64,000 nt of DNA from Eimeria praecox (Eukaryota). Each line of letters begins with the position of its first letter. Position 1 is the stretch's first letter. The stretch lies in the NCBI GenBank assembly GCA_963920595.1, contig OY986947.1, positions 3,906,001 through 3,970,000 on the forward strand, in the 5' to 3' direction. The translations under genes and the position numbers were made by a program. The notes beneath the pieces were generated by a model. The model did no database searches, had not been told where the DNA came from, and worked only from the letters and a program-made list of their open reading frames with translations. Positions 1-19,403 of the stretch are shown one piece after another.

Positions 1-3
1 GCC

Positions 4-101
4 TTAGGGTTTAGGGTTTAGGGTTTAGGATTAAGGGTTAAGGGTTTAGGGTTAAGGGTTTAGGGTTTAGGGTTTAGGGTTTAGGGTTTATGGTTTAGGG
101 T
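4..101 (+). repeat. Telomere-like (TTTAGGG)n array, interstitial and probably intronic
   Basis: Tandem TTTAGGG/TTAAGGG heptamers. The array lies just downstream of a GT donor candidate (~111) of the minus-strand ORF 88-735. Confidence 0.95.
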
Positions 102-111
102 TTGTTATGTA

Positions 112-518
112 CATCATATCTAGTTGATTCTTTTGAATAGTATCTCTGGGGAGGGGCCAGAGGGGCCCCTTGGGGCCCCTCAAAGCATCAAGTATTCTAG
201 AAACGAGGTTAGCAGCTAATTCGTCTGTCTTCCCCTCATCACACAATCTCCAACATAATTCAGGTGTACGTACACCTGAATACAGATGAGGACGTTGGAT
301 ACGAGGAGGGGGGCCCCAAAGGGGCCCCCATTCCTCTGTCTTACTCATAGGGGCCCCCTCATATATCCAGGGGGCCCCTGATGAAGATGTAGTCAGCATA
401 CGAATAGACAGAGATGAGGGTATAATGAAGCCGTTGCTGCTGATGCTGCTGCTGTTGCTGCTGCTGTTGCTGTTGCTGCTGATGCTGCTGCTGTTGCTGC
501 TGATGCTGCTGCTGTTGA

Positions 519-553
<35 letters not shown>

Positions 554-560
554 GTGTTGC

Positions 561-596
<36 letters not shown>

Positions 597-735
597 AACG
601 AGCCAGTAAATGGCTTTTGTAGCTGCTAAGTGCAGCAGACAACACATGATTTAGAGGGGCCCCAGGTCTGTGTGTGGCTAGGAGCCTGAGGGGGGCCCCC
701 CTCCTCCCTACCTCACGCCCAGCAGCAGCAGCCAT
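112..735 (-). CDS. Probable coding exon of a hypothetical protein; the gene continues beyond the left edge
   Basis: ATG at 735 opens a frame with a CAG-derived Ser/Asn homopolymer followed by ~90 aa of complex sequence (WGPPPRIQRPHL...RILDALRGPKGPLWPLPRD). It ends at a GTACAT donor candidate before a telomere-like array. No family recognised. Confidence 0.5.
433..597. repeat. (CTG/CAG)n trinucleotide tract
   Basis: Imperfect GCT/GTT/GAT triplet run. Confidence 0.95.
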
Positions 736-1509
736 CTGAACCCTAACCCCACAGATCTGCTGCTGCTGCTGGGGGCCCCCCCGGCTGTTTGCTGCAGCGC
801 AGGGGCCCCCTACTTGTCGTCATATTCTTGGGGGGGCCCCTCAGGCTCTCGAAGGGCCCCTCTGGGGGCCCCCTGCTGCTATTATTTGCTGTGAATGTAA
901 TATCCTCTGATATGTGTTTGTTATTTAATTTATTTTTAATTTTTTTTCGTATTTTCTATCTCTGCTTCTGCTGTATATCTAAACACGCTGCTGCAGCTGT
1001 GCTGGCTGGGGGCCCCTGCAGCAGCAGGAAGGTCTTGCTTGTCGGTGCTGCGGTTTTCATGTATATATTTGAAATAAATGTTTTTTAAATTAATATATAT
1101 ATATAAATTTATATATTTAATGATATATTATATTAATCCAAATTTAATTAGGAGAAGAGAAAAGCCTCAGACAGAAGAAATCTGGGGCCCGCTCGTATCG
1201 AAACGATGCAGGTAGAAGGGCTTATAAAACAGACATTAATAAATTATTTTATTTATTATTTATAAAATATATTAATTAAATTAATTTTTATTATTAATTG
1301 TAGCTTAAATGAAAGGGTTATAGACCCCTGCAGCTCCAATCTACTATGGCTAGCGTTGTTGAGCTGTCGATACACCCGAAAACTAAGTTGTTTATTCAAA
1401 TACTATGTTGCAATCGAGAAGAGGGGGACTCCTTCTTGCATGCATACTGTCTCCTCTCTCTATTTGCTAGCCTCTAGTTCTGTCTCCTCCTCTTCCCGTT
1501 GCACACAAG

Positions 1510-1526
1510 TGCTGCTGCCGTTGCTC

Positions 1527-1595
<69 letters not shown>

Positions 1596-1620
1596 TTGCT
1601 GCAGCAGCAGCAGCTGCAGT
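1510..1620. repeat. (CTG/CAG)n trinucleotide tract
   Basis: Imperfect GCT run seen directly. Confidence 0.9.
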
Positions 1621-1888
1621 AACAGCCTTATTCCCCTTGGGTGTCTCTCCCGTCTCTCCCCTCATACCCCTCATATCAGCATTTGATTTATCTGCATGCT
1701 TCGATGCATTTATGCGTCCCCTTTAATAAAACCCCTAAACCCTAAACCCTATTCTAGGGTTTAGGGTTTATCTTCCGTTCGCTGTTGCCCCGAGAATGTT
1801 TATTATATAATACAATTTAAGCCCTCGATTTTTTCTGTTTGTTTCTTTAACTTCTATTAAATATATCTACAGCTACAGAGAGGCCCCC

Positions 1889-1895
<7 letters not shown>

Positions 1896-1975
<80 letters not shown>

Positions 1976-1981
1976 TATATA
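1896..1981. repeat. (AT)n microsatellite
   Basis: Near-perfect AT dinucleotide run. Confidence 0.95.
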
Positions 1982-2309
1982 ATTTTGTCGTTAAAATTAA
2001 TATTGTTAGGTTAGAAGCATAGAATCTTCATATTCTGTTTGTTTGCTTTGTTTGCTGAGGTGTGGCTCTATACACCCTCTCCTGGTTAGGGTTTAGGGTT
2101 TATTATTAACTCCTGGTTAGGGTTTAGGGTTTATTATTAAGACCTGCCTAGGGTTTAGGGTTTTGTTCTTCTCTAGGGTTTTGAGGACAACAACGCAAAA
2201 TACAAACGAAAGAAAAAAAAGAGACAACAAATGTTGCTGCCTGTTTGAGGTGTACAGACAGCTCGCCTCCATCCCCCGCCCCCCCCCCCCTCCGTAAATA
2301 CAGCAAAGA

Positions 2310-2560
2310 CAGAAGAAAAAGAAGGAAGAAAAAGAAGAAAAAGAAGAAGAGACACGAGATGCGAGAGACAGAGAGAGAGAGAGAGAGAGAAAGAGGCAAG
2401 AAGAGAGACAGAGACAGAGAGAGAGAGAGAGAGAGACAGAGAGAGAGAGAGACTGAGTGAGAGAGAGTGAGAGTGAGATAGACAGAGAGAGACAGAGACA
2501 GAGAGACAGACATACAGAGATAGACAGAGATAGACAAAGACAGAGAGACAGACAGACAGT
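2310..2560. repeat. (AG)n/(AGAC)-rich purine microsatellite
   Basis: AAG, AG and AGAC runs seen directly. Confidence 0.9.
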
Positions 2561-2671
2561 GGGAGGGCCAGCAAGAGGTCCGTGTTGTCTCATATAGAGG
2601 CATTTAAAGAGAAGAAAGCCTCAAAATCATGAAGACAGAGAATATCTGCTGCTTCTCGACTGAAGCAGCAG

Positions 2672-2704
<33 letters not shown>

Positions 2705-2847
2705 ACTGAGGCAGCAAAGCTCCTGCTGCTGCTGCTGCTGCACTGAGGCAGCAAAGCTGCTGCTGCTGCTGCTGCACTGAGGCAGCAAAGCTGCTGCTGC
2801 TGCTGCTGCACTGAGGCAGCAAAGCTGCTGCTGCACTGCAGCAGCAG
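2672..2847. repeat. Compound minisatellite of (GCT)n + GCACTGAGGCAGCAAA units
   Basis: Four full copies of gcactgaggcagcaaa separated by variable GCT runs, plus a partial copy. Confidence 0.9.
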
Positions 2848-2884
2848 GGCATTCATGTAGTCCTTGTGTGTATGTGTATATATG

Positions 2885-2915
<31 letters not shown>

Positions 2916-3188
2916 GTCTCTTTGTTTTTCTGTCTGTCTCTGTTAATCTGTCTCTGTTGTTTATTTCTTCCTCTGTGGTGTCTCCTTCAAAATCTGGGGT
3001 TGTCTGCTGCTGCTCTTTGTCTTTGTCTCCTCGTGTTTAGGTGTATGTACGTACACCAGGGGACAGACACCAAAGATATAATATAATGGCGTCTGCATGT
3101 GTGGGGTGTCTGTCTCCTCCTCTTTCTGGTGTCTGTCTCCTCCTGTCTCTGTGCAGTCACCCCTCCAAAGGCCACCCCAGCTTGCTGC

Positions 3189-3240
3189 AGCTAGCTAGCT
3201 AGCTAGCTAGCTAGCTAGCTAGCTAGCTAGCTAGCTAGCT
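3189..3240. repeat. (AGCT)n self-complementary tetranucleotide repeat
   Basis: About 13 perfect AGCT units just 3' of the alveolin stop codon. Confidence 0.95.
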
Positions 3241-3287
3241 GTGGTTTGTTGTCACTGCTGTTGCTGCCGTTGTCGCTGCTGCTGTTA

Positions 3288-3328
<41 letters not shown>

Positions 3329-3330
3329 AT

Positions 3331-9011
<5,681 letters not shown>

Positions 9012-11499
9012 GGCTGCATTCAACAGAGAGGATACTACTAGCTGTGGGGCCCCACAGACAGAACACGTTTTCACCTGTTTGTGTGCAGGTAAGGAGAGAA
9101 AATGCGGAAGAAAGACAAGCTGTAGCCCTCTGCTCTAAGACTCAAGAACTGTAGGGGCCTTGATGATGAGAGCAGATAAATCGTGAGGAAGACACAGATA
9201 CAGAAAAACTGAAGAAAACAACCACAAGATGCATGCAAAGGACTTGTGTGTAGCAAACAAATGGGGCTTTGACAATCAATAGGCGCACAGAGGACCGATA
9301 GCCCGGGCAGCCCACAACAGAGCAACAGCCCTCGGTGCCGACTGGCGTACCGCGCTGCTCTATATAATACGAAATACCTTTTAATGTGTTAAATTACTTC
9401 TACAAACCTGTGAAAAACATAACAATGTCAAGAAGGCGAGGCAAGCGGGATTAACATGAGGCTGACAGCAACATAGGCACATCGATGCAGCTGCTCTCAG
9501 CACCAGCTAGCCTTACAGAGAGGGGACCTGCTTCAGCGTGAATGGAATTAAAGTTGGGTTATATGCACCTTTCAATAACAATATCAACAAAAGAAGAAGA
9601 AATCAATTAAATGTCGAACGCAAAGCCCTTCACGAACCAGCCCTGTGGCAGAATGGGTGGGTGGTGTGGCCCGGTCTGCACACCGCGTTCCTGCCGGCGC
9701 CAGTTTTCGTGTTTCTTCTCTTTTTGCTTAGGAAAAAGAAATAAATACTCCTTAATATCTAATTTACCTGGAAAAACCTGCATAAAATTGCTGTAAATAC
9801 ACACAACGATCCCCTCTACTGCCCCCAGTGCCGCGCGCGCTGGTGCCACAGGGGGAGGGACCACTGCATGGCCAGCAGCACACGGGTGTGCAGATTGCCT
9901 TTCAAATGATTTAAATTGTAAATATAAAGTGTTATTTATATATTTAACTTTAATTAGTATGATAAACCCCACAATCAAGTACAAAACAATGAAGAAAAAG
10001 CCCTATATACACACAGGCACTTGCCCCTCATTGTTAACCTTATGCACCGCCACTGAACACCTTGAACCGTAACTGCCGGTGAAGCTGAGTAACACGTTTT
10101 GCGGTGTACAGACAGCTCAGAAAATAGGGATTCTGAGGCAGTTAGATGCCGTAGGAGTACCTAATACAACGCATCTGATGTAGGCAGTCCTAGCATGACA
10201 CGCTATAGGAGGAGGGGGGGAGGGGGGGGCTTGGCACCTGGCTGCGACTCTGTCATTTAGGGCGTTGTAGGGGCAGGAGAGCAAACACCTGTCTTAAAGA
10301 TGCGACTTGAACGGGTTATTCAGGTTGTATTATGTCTTTAGTGTGGTGGACCCCACAATGTGTGTTGTGGGCGCCCATTCTTTATGTTAAGGTTTGTTTG
10401 GTTCATAGGCAGCATTACTGCCAATAAAGCAGCAGCATCAGAATACAGGTATTGCTTCTTATAGTGCATGCATGCAGTGGAGGGTTTGAAGGCGTTCATC
10501 ATATAGAAATAACTGTTGTCTCAAGCCATCCACACAAAAGTAACTATTTTTTGTGATTGTTGAATATGAATTCAAATTCATTATTCAAATGCTACTGGGC
10601 TGACCTCTAGAAGAAATCATATTCTACTTGAAACCCTGTCTAGCAAAATCTCGCTTTTTTGGAATGCTGTGCGAACAAATCCCGAAAAAAATATATAAAA
10701 CAAGTTAAACAAGAGAAAACAAATTTATTTTCTTGCACATGAAGCAGAGAAAAACAATCAAAAAAAGAAAAGAATGATAGAGAATGCTTCATCTAAAGTG
10801 ACGAGAAGTTATGTTGCTGTTCTTCTAGCGAGTTGTTCTTCTTTCATATCACACGGGAGAGGCAATTCTTGCCCCCTTTGCTTCTTTTACGTGGCTTTAC
10901 TGCTGTTTTTTTCATGTTTCCAATCCTCTTCAATTATATTTTACAACCCAGAGGCAATAGAAACAAAACAGAATACAGCAACGGTGACGATAAGAGGGGC
11001 GTCAGGAATAGAAAGGATTATTGATAGAGAGAGAAGTAGTTCTACTACTCCTCTGCAGCCGCTGAAACTACCACTGTTTAATAAAGCAGGGCCGTGCATC
11101 TAGTTTAATTCAAAGCCTGTATTGAAACGGGAGCCCGTTACAGACCAGACCCTCATGAAGTGATTTACAAGGTAAGACGCCCTTGAAAGACATACAATTG
11201 AACGAGGATGCATGCATGCATTTGATAGAAAATAAATAGCTTCAGTCACATTCATAAAATTAACAAATAAACTCACAAAGGGCCCCATAGTTTCTAAACA
11301 CCGCACAGAAGGAGGCTGAAGAGCTTCCTCGTTATGTAACAGACAGAGTGAAAGATAACCCAACATTTCAAGCGTTATTTAATTCATAGAAAGAATCCTA
11401 AATATGAAAAAGAAGCAAGCGAAGGCAATGCATGCAGCTAACACATCGCAGGCTCTGAACGACTGTAGCTTGATACTCAGGGGCGTTTGCATGCATGGG

Positions 11500-14400
11500 C
11501 AGCCTGCTATTTGTGCTGCTTTAAAGGCCGGTGTTCTCCCTTCTCCCACCCATGGCGCCTTCCTGAAGGAATCCTGCCAACTCCTGCAGAGGAGAGTTCC
11601 ACGGAAGGGGATTTGTATCTTGTACAGGTATCTGTTGCGCCTGTCTGCATTCCTCATCTGATGCCGTGAGTCTGACTCTCCCTGCAGCCGTCAAGCACTG
11701 AGCAAAGAGCCTGATGCTTGTACAGACAGAAGGCGCCTCGCCCTGAGTCGCAGGATACCTTCGTGCAAATTTTGCTGTGGTGTAGCCCCGCATGCAAGCA
11801 TACCCTATTCCCCATTTGGTGCATATACTATTGCTACAGAGGATTGATAAACACTACATTCGCCCGTAGTAGCCAGCCTGTGCCCAAATGAATATGTATG
11901 TGCCAATTCTTCACAGGCCATGCGGCATGTTTCTTCAAACATTACAGTTTCTCTTGTTACAGAATGTCTAATTAGCTATGGCTGCATCGAGAGAGAGAGA
12001 GAGAAAGGAAGGAGCCAGCAAAAGGCAAAGGCAGCACATGGCGATGCTGCTAATTTGTGCTATTTCTGCTGCAGCCGGCTGCATGCCGCTGTTGTCGGCC
12101 CCCATGGTGGCGTAGCCACTGCCCATCCAAGGCACTCTGCACTATATACCTGGGTTTGGAGGGGATGTTTAATGCGAATAACCCAAATAAAACGGAAACA
12201 TGCTTCGAACCGCAGCTGAGACCCACCACCCACGCACGTGTGAGGTGCAGGGTCCACCCAGCAACGAATGCGGGAAGCAGCACCAAAAACCATCAAGTCG
12301 TTAAAATGTTTACAGCACAAGACGAGCTAATCATATGTAGAGGGAGTGGCAAAAGCCACAACGCGATGAATTCGGGATGAGCGGTGTTGAAAGATAGGCA
12401 ATTGTCATGTAGTAACATGCGCATGTAGGAAGTAAGCATACAATGTAAGCCAACGCGTCGACCCGAGAACGAACATTAAAGGGCCTTATCGAACCCAAGA
12501 CAAGCCTTTTCGGTTTCGCGCTTTCCTGTATGTTTGGAAGAGGTTGCATATCAACAGAAACAAGATCGCCTGGATTGAACGCAACATCCGAAATGCGTTT
12601 GCCGTGTTTTTTAGGCTGGCTATCTTGGCGTTTCTCCACACATTTCAAAGCGGCTGCAAGCAATGTTCTGCAGTCAGCAGCTACGGGCGTACGAGGCTGG
12701 TGTTATAAGCCAGAGTCATCATCGAGCCAGGTAAAGATGCTTCAGTGCAGACCAGGGATACCAAAGAACAAGCGGTTGAAGGGTGCGCTGGCGCACTATG
12801 GATTGATCCTATACAAGGAAGGAACTCGAGCGATTTTAACGAATACTTCTGCATTAAAGTGGCAAATGGTGCTGTTGGCTGAGGCTGAGGCTGGTGAGTT
12901 CAATTTAAATGCCTGCCTGCCGGCTGTTTAATCTGCGCGAAGATTTCGCGTAAGACCATGTCAGCAGGCAGCAGGTTTCGGCTCCTGATCGTTAGCGATG
13001 ATTTTCATGAAACTATTGAGCGTTGAGAAACAATTAATGAATAATTTGGCCAGTCTATTTTGTCGTTATTGGACTCGAATGGGGGGCGAAGAGGTCATAT
13101 TTGCTTGGTGTGTCCGCGACAAAACGTGAATCCGTGGTGTTGATGTTAACCAAAACAGGTTCATGAAGATACGCATAGGCTCACAGGTTGCACTCTTAGG
13201 CTTCACCTTTTCTTCTGGGCTGTGCATGAAACATAGGCGTGCTCGAATTGGGGGCTGAATTGATTGCGCAGTGAATCAGGATTTGCGTCCCTTCTCTGGA
13301 GAGTTTACCAGCGCGTTTAATTGCATCGCCAGCAGCAGTAGCCCAATATAGCAGGCGATGCTGCAAGTGCTTTGCAGCAATACGACGTGCAGCAGCAAGA
13401 TTCACAGAAATCATTGATGCAGCAGAAGGAATCGATGGGGCAGCAAAAACAGCATGCACCACGATTGCATGATGTTCTCAGGAACCGATGAAGCGACCAA
13501 ACTAATGAGCTTTACAGCAGCAGCAAACGCTTCAGCATCTCTCCCTTCGGTTCACTGACTCCTCTCAGGACGGCAAGGCACACGAGGGAATGCAGACGTA
13601 GCATTTTCTGACTGGAATCTGACGGTGTAATTATACTTTCGCCCAGGCTGTACAAATGAAATCCAAATAAATACGCACAAACTGCCTACAGTGTTAGCGT
13701 ATGCATCAAAATTGGGCTTGATCACGCTTGTATATGGGGTTACCTTAAACCAGGCTTCGCAGTAAAGTGTGCTGTTATTCATTGTACGCCTCTTTCTGCA
13801 TCAGCTCGCCTTCGGGCTGCTGTGCACAGGACGCCGGGAGGTTGGGGGGAATTCAGATACTTATTGTGGATTATTTTCTCAAGTCTGTGGACTACTGAAT
13901 TTCTCGAGGGAATTCTGCTAAGTTTGAGGACCCTCGTTATACAAGGCGCCTTCGCTGCATGCTCCATCAATCTAGGCGATTGTTTAACGTCTGTCTGACC
14001 CTCAACTTCCAGCCTCTGTGCAAGCACGGATGCGCTTGCCAACGTCACAGCGAGCATGCTACAGTCTGTACAAGCTTACTGTGTTACACCTGTTGCAATA
14101 GTCCTCGGCATTACCTGCGGACCTTCGGGGATGTTAGTACTCGTATCCCTACTTGCCCGCAGGATGACTACGGAAGATCAAATGAAATCTAAGCTATAGT
14201 GTGCAACGCTAGACCATGCAGCAAAGAGGCGTTAGTCATGCGTGCTGATGCGGATGTCTTTAAGCACTAGCGCTGCAGCAAAATGTTTTGCAGCCCATGA
14301 CAGATAGGCCTGTCCTTCTCCCTACCATCCCAGGCCCTTTGGCAGCTGTTTAGAGGAAGCTTGAAGGATGGAGGGGTAGCTCAATTGTATTTTACTAACT

Positions 14401-14820
14401 ATTTCTTCAAGTATTTTACTCTATTACAGCTCGCGGGGCTCCACGGTCAACGCCGAGGTCTATCGTCACAGTCATGTGCTGCAGTAGAGTTAAAGACGTA
14501 CAGAAAGGGTTCATAAAAGCTAGCTAACATCCTGACCAGCGTCCTAGCCTCCTAGACACGGCGGGGGAAGTGCCTGAAGCTGGTGGGGAAATGGGGAGGG
14601 CAATCAGGGGCTGCCATGCACCTCGCTCCAAGCTGTCTTTCACGGCTGCCCCACATGCACGCGCTGCCACTCCTTTTGCCGCATGCGCTAAGCTTGTACA
14701 CTGTACTGTATACAGTCGTTAAACACTTGGTTGCCCCTACATGCGCGTGCGGGAAGTAGCCACATGAGTACTAATATCGCACACACCGGGGGACAAAGGC
14801 TTAAACAAACGCATGCACTA
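11500..14820 (-). mobile_element. Highly decayed Ty3/gypsy (chromovirus-like) LTR retrotransposon remnant
   Basis: 12331-12663 reads FNPGDLVSV...KRLVLGSIRPFNVRSRVDALAYIVCLLP, resembling the integrase C-terminal GPY/F region. An LAYNT integrase-like motif lies near 12700 and KYNYTVRFQ resembles the RNase H end near 13620. Same-orientation copies of the LTR-like repeat bracket the region (~11690-11930 and ~14550-14820). Boundaries are approximate. Confidence 0.55.
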
Positions 14821-15242
14821 CTTCGGGTTCTATACATGCACTTTGAATTTATTATTGTCGCACTTTAAACTAACATGGGCTCATAGGCTGGGCTGTGCGG
14901 CGGAACCTAGTAATGCTTGCTGATGCGAGGGTTTAAGCCCAGGTCCCGCGCCGCCAGGCTTTTATGGCCTGCTTGTTTACTGGATGATGGCATAGGAATA
15001 AGGAATCCTTTGTCTTTCTCATAAACATATTGCACCTAAGTTAAATTGTTTAAGTAATACGTCATAGTATTTGTTAGCACTCAAAGGTCCGCAGCGCACA
15101 GGGGCCTGAGTTGGCTCCTGTGTTAAGTCCGCCACTCCCCTGCTCAATGAAGCAAACAGATTGTGCTGATTCCGAAATGTCTTTGACATAAGTCTCTTTC
15201 CCCTTCTTATCAAATGTGTTGTTTATATTTTATTTTCTAAAA

Positions 15243-16520
15243 ATGCGGTTCCTCTCACGTCTTTTGTGCCTGGTGGCCGCTGCTGGAGCCTGGCACGAAT
15301 TGAGCAGCAGCAATACGAATTTACCCTTTGCTCTTGCTGCAGCACCTGCTGCGTCTGCTTCCTCCGGAAGCCCGGCTGCTGTCGCTAAACCGTCTGAGTC
15401 AGATGTACAGATCCTCACAGATGCGAACTTTGAGCAAGAAACGCAAGCCGTCACAGGCTCCACTTCGGGTATGCTGTGACAGAGTGCCCGCCCGCGGGCC
15501 GACACCTTGCGTGATGTTCAAGAAGGAAATGCATCATTTAGAGCTTGTTTGCCCTTCACCTTATGAGGAATTGTGTAATTAAACGTGTCCCTGATGTTTA
15601 AGACCACACCATTAGTGCACGAAGGCGTGAAATGTGCTCTGCTTCCCGCACCCATATTCATGCTGGTACATGATGGCGTGGTCGCCTGCACCGCAACTAG
15701 CATTTTGCAAGGTCAGGCTTGTTGTTTCTTCTCTGCTCTCCTTTGTCTCAGGCGATTGGTTTGTAAAGTTCTACGCCCCATGGTGTGGCCACTGCCGGAA
15801 ACTGGCGCCGGCGTGGGAGGAGCTGGCAAAGAAGCTTAAGGGACAAATTAATGTAGCTCACCTCGAGGCAACAGCGAACCCCCAGACTGCAAGACGATTC
15901 AACATAAGAGGCTATCCAACTCTTCTGTTCTTCAAAAATGTGAGGCGATCATTCAACAGCCAGCAGATTGTCTGTTCAGCAGCGTGCTAGCATTTAAGAG
16001 TTTGCCCGATATATTGAACCGCCCAGGTGAAGTGTTGGCAGGAGCTTTCCTATGACGTGTTGTTTTGTGTACAGGGCAAGATGTATCACTACAAGGGTAG
16101 CCGCACCGTGGATGATTTGTACGCCTTTGCAACCGGTGGATGGGAGCGGACAGAGGGCAAGGTGAGGCACGGCGTCTTTGTGAGGCTGAGGGTTTTTAAT
16201 TGTGAACACCTTAATTGTAGAAGTGTAAGCTCTGTTGAGTAACTTCAGTCCGAAGTTAAATGTCGAATCGGGATCGCTGGTGCCTGTTTTTTCAGCCTAT
16301 TCCACCGGTCCTGTCATGGCTGGACTCCATGAAGGACGAGTTTTTCTTGGCAGTTCAACAACTTCGCGACGTCTTCATCCAGTTCCCAGTTCCTCTCTTG
16401 ATGCTCTTCGCCGTTGGGTGTATCATGGGTTCGATGATTACTTGTCTTGGCGTTGCTCTTTGTATGGGATCGAAGAGCCGCGATGTCAAGGTTTCTAAGA
16501 CGTCCAAGAAGAAGGATTAG
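15243..16520 (+). CDS. Thioredoxin-domain (PDI/TMX-like) type I ER membrane protein, 241 aa, 4 exons
   Basis: Exons 15243-15468, 15752-15939, 16075-16161 and 16296-16520 are phase-consistent GT-AG. Signal peptide, LTDANFE...DWFVKFYAPWCGHC active site, IRGYPTL cis-Pro loop, C-terminal TM helix and KKKD di-lysine tail. Confidence 0.93.
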
Positions 16521-18304
16521 ACACACCACGCTTTATCCTAGAGGTCTAGCCGTGTTATGTTATATGACAAACGTAACACAATATGAAGGCTGTCTTTCAG
16601 CTCCTAGTCCACTTGGCGTTCCAATGAACGGAAGTAGTGTGCTTTAGGCGGCCAGTGCCGTCTGACCTCTCTTCCCAGGAAGCTGCCGAAGCCCATTTGC
16701 AGCGTTGCGCGGCACAGGTTGTGTTTTGCAAAACGGGGGTTAAATGGGGTTGACAATTGACGTGCGAGTTGAATGCTAACGCGATTAGACCCGCGTGGAG
16801 ACTCCCTTGTATACTTTCTACCATCTGTTTATTCCTCTCGCATGCTTCAGCTCTGTGCCTCATCACCCTAACTAGTGGTGCCATCGCTGACAGCCGATTT
16901 CTTATCAGCTGCAGATAGAACCACAAGAACGAGGCGTAACTGTTAGCATCAACAGGCTGAGGCAGTTCGGAAGCAACAGAGCACTCGTTGAAGGCATGGG
17001 GTAGAGAATAATTTGAAATGCCCTTCAGGAGAGAACAGTGAAACCAGGTAAACTAGCAAGAACAGTGAAAGCAAATAAACTAGCAGGAGCTGTGTGGTAG
17101 GAACGCGATAGGTGTAACTGCTTGCAACAGATAGCGCTAGCACCATGCAGTTCATGAATCAATGGAGTAGGATGAGTACAGCTTACCTAGTTTATGGGAA
17201 ACCTTCAACGTTCTGAAGCCGTGAAACTTGAAAGCTGACTTCGACGGTTTATTCAGTGAGGGTGGATGCGCGTTTTCTGAGGGGAGCAGCAATGGTAAAG
17301 TGGACCGACATCGTTGGTTTCACATAGTGATACTGCCAAAAGCAAAATTGAGCGAGCCTTTACTCGCACAGTGGAGCCTGTCAGAATTTATGATCTGCCC
17401 ACCCGAGCGACTCAGGTTGTTCATCTGCCTCGAGCAGGTGGACAGTAGAAAGATGAGGACTGTGCAAAGAGGCGTGTGGCCCGCTGAGGGGCTGCTGAAC
17501 TCTGCCACGCACGTGATGGAAAGCTGGCGAATAGAGCCTGCACGTTGCACACAGGGCTGCCCTCAAACTAGTGAAACGGGCTAGTGGCTGCGCCTCTGTA
17601 ATTCAGCTCCATATTTAGCTGCCTCATATTCTCCGTGTTGGCATTGCAGACTTAGATAGGCAGTAGTGGCAGCGCGACTGGTCGCACCTGTTACTAGTTA
17701 ACCAAAGCAATATAACTGTTGCAGCTTACCTTTCAAAGCCCTTTTTTTGTTCCGCGAGTGCCCGATTTATCCCCAAAATTAGCTAACCTTTTTTCGCCTT
17801 TGGCGAATCGGCAAGAAAATGCAACCTCTCTTAATAGGCTGCTTCGTGTGAGGCGCATACGTAACTTCGGACGCCTTGTTCAGCTCACATGTGCAATTAA
17901 AGCCTCTAGAACTGGGTTGAGCTTTTGCCCGTGCAAATTCTGGTGCTTAGACCCCCATACAATGAGGATATATTGTTGAGAAGCAGCATGTGAGGAATGA
18001 ATTAAGTGGCTTCAGTATTGGGTCTGCTGATATTGAACACCAAGAGCTGGTGGTTCTTCCGCAGCATTTTGTTCCCAGGAAGCAGCACCATTTGATTTAA
18101 ATATAACCTGCTTTTATTCTGTTCCGTGCTCATGAGGCTGCAGATGCCCAAACACTTCTGACCATTGCCTCAGTGCGCATCAATACAAGCCCCGTTGAGT
18201 CGCCATGCAGCTCGTCGTTATCTATATTTATATAGGAATTTTGATGTGCATTCATGCGGTTACAAGGGCAGCTATCGTTGAGCGTGCCGCGAAGCGTTAA
18301 AATG

Positions 18305-18570
18305 CCTGCATCGCCTTGTGTGTCTGATGCTAGTACGTGTATCTCTTGGGTGCATGCCAGCTACTAAACGTCAAGAAAGTATTCAACAAGTGTCTACAGC
18401 GTCAGTTCATGCAGCAAAGGGGGGCATGGCTGCGCCTGCATGCGGGGCTGCCTCGTAGCAGCGGTTCCAGCAAGATGTGTTGCAAACCTTGACAAGCCTG
18501 CTCTTCTCCTCACCAGCTCCAGACTTGTGGGCCGTTGCACCAAGGGTGGTTGAAGAATGGATATTTCAGT
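18305..18570 (+). mobile_element. Solo copy of the dispersed LTR-like repeat
   Basis: gtctacagcgtcagttcatgcagcaaaggggggcatggctgcgcctgcatgcggggctgcc... is collinear with copies at ~11.8k, 14.6k, 43.5k, 46.2k, 55.1k, 56.3k and 59.2k (aligned by eye). Confidence 0.55.
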
Positions 18571-19403
18571 TGTTCTTTGGAAATCCTCGTGTGTTTACAC
18601 TACTGCGCCTCACGAGTGTCTTCTGCCTTACAATGACTTCTTTTGACCCAAACAAATGCGCTCGAAGAAATTGCTGGTAATCTAAGAGGGACTTATAAGA
18701 AAACCAAGCTGTTACCAAGTTGTTTTTTACGTTTCAAAATGCTTGAGCAACTCACTATGGTTTGAGGGGAAGGCAATGCCCACGGGATACGGTATGTACC
18801 TGCAAACCAAAATATAGGCAGCCTGCTCAGCACTTGCAGTGTAATAGATTCGTTTTTACGGCTATATTAAGAATAATTTAAGGATATATTAACAAACATT
18901 TCGCATATTTCATCGGCCTACAGACAGCGCGTCAAGCATCCGGCCCTGCCTTGGTTGTCTGCAGGGGTCTATGCGCCCCTACAAGGTCTTAGTACAGTAT
19001 ACAGAAAAGCTCAATCCTGCAGATAAATGATTATCAACGACTAAACATTCCTAAATATTTTTGCCTAGCTTGCGGGGCGCATGCATCGGGCGGGCCCCAA
19101 TGTGGCATGGAAGCTTGTGGCATCCCCAGCCCCATTGTGGGAAACGTAAGGAAAGCGAGATGCCCTTCGATGAGGACGACAGGTGTGGAAGAAATCGATC
19201 ATGTTTTCAAAGAGCCGAACCTTGAGCAAACCAAAAGGGGGGTTACGGTAGAGCCCTCGCCGGTTTTGCTTCAGCACCCCCAGGGCGGAGTGATTGCGAT
19301 ACTTTGCTGCCAGTAGCGCTCGATAGCATTGTAATTATTCGTTGGTGGAAATATCTCTAATTGGCTTTTTAGGGGAGGAGGTGACTGCGACCCTCTCACG
19401 ACA

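Noticed and set aside
1..101. True chromosome telomere
   Set aside because: A left telomere would read CCCTAAA on the + strand. This array is short, in the opposite orientation, and similar arrays recur internally.
359..647. Poly-Q, poly-L and poly-A ORFs
   Set aside because: Alternative frames of one CAG tract, open only because the repeat lacks stop codons.
1356..3175. ORFs over CAG, AG and compound repeats
   Set aside because: Low-complexity translations. The one complex stretch (~2560-2660) has stops in all minus frames, and no consistent spliced model was found.
10465..11220. Individual TGCATGCA octamers as specific promoters
   Set aside because: The motif is known to be abundant in coccidian non-coding DNA and occurs throughout the window, including introns, so no single site can be assigned a function from sequence alone.
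14890..14960. tRNA-like sequence ending in CGCCA
   Set aside because: No proper T-loop (GTTCRA), D-arm or anticodon arm.
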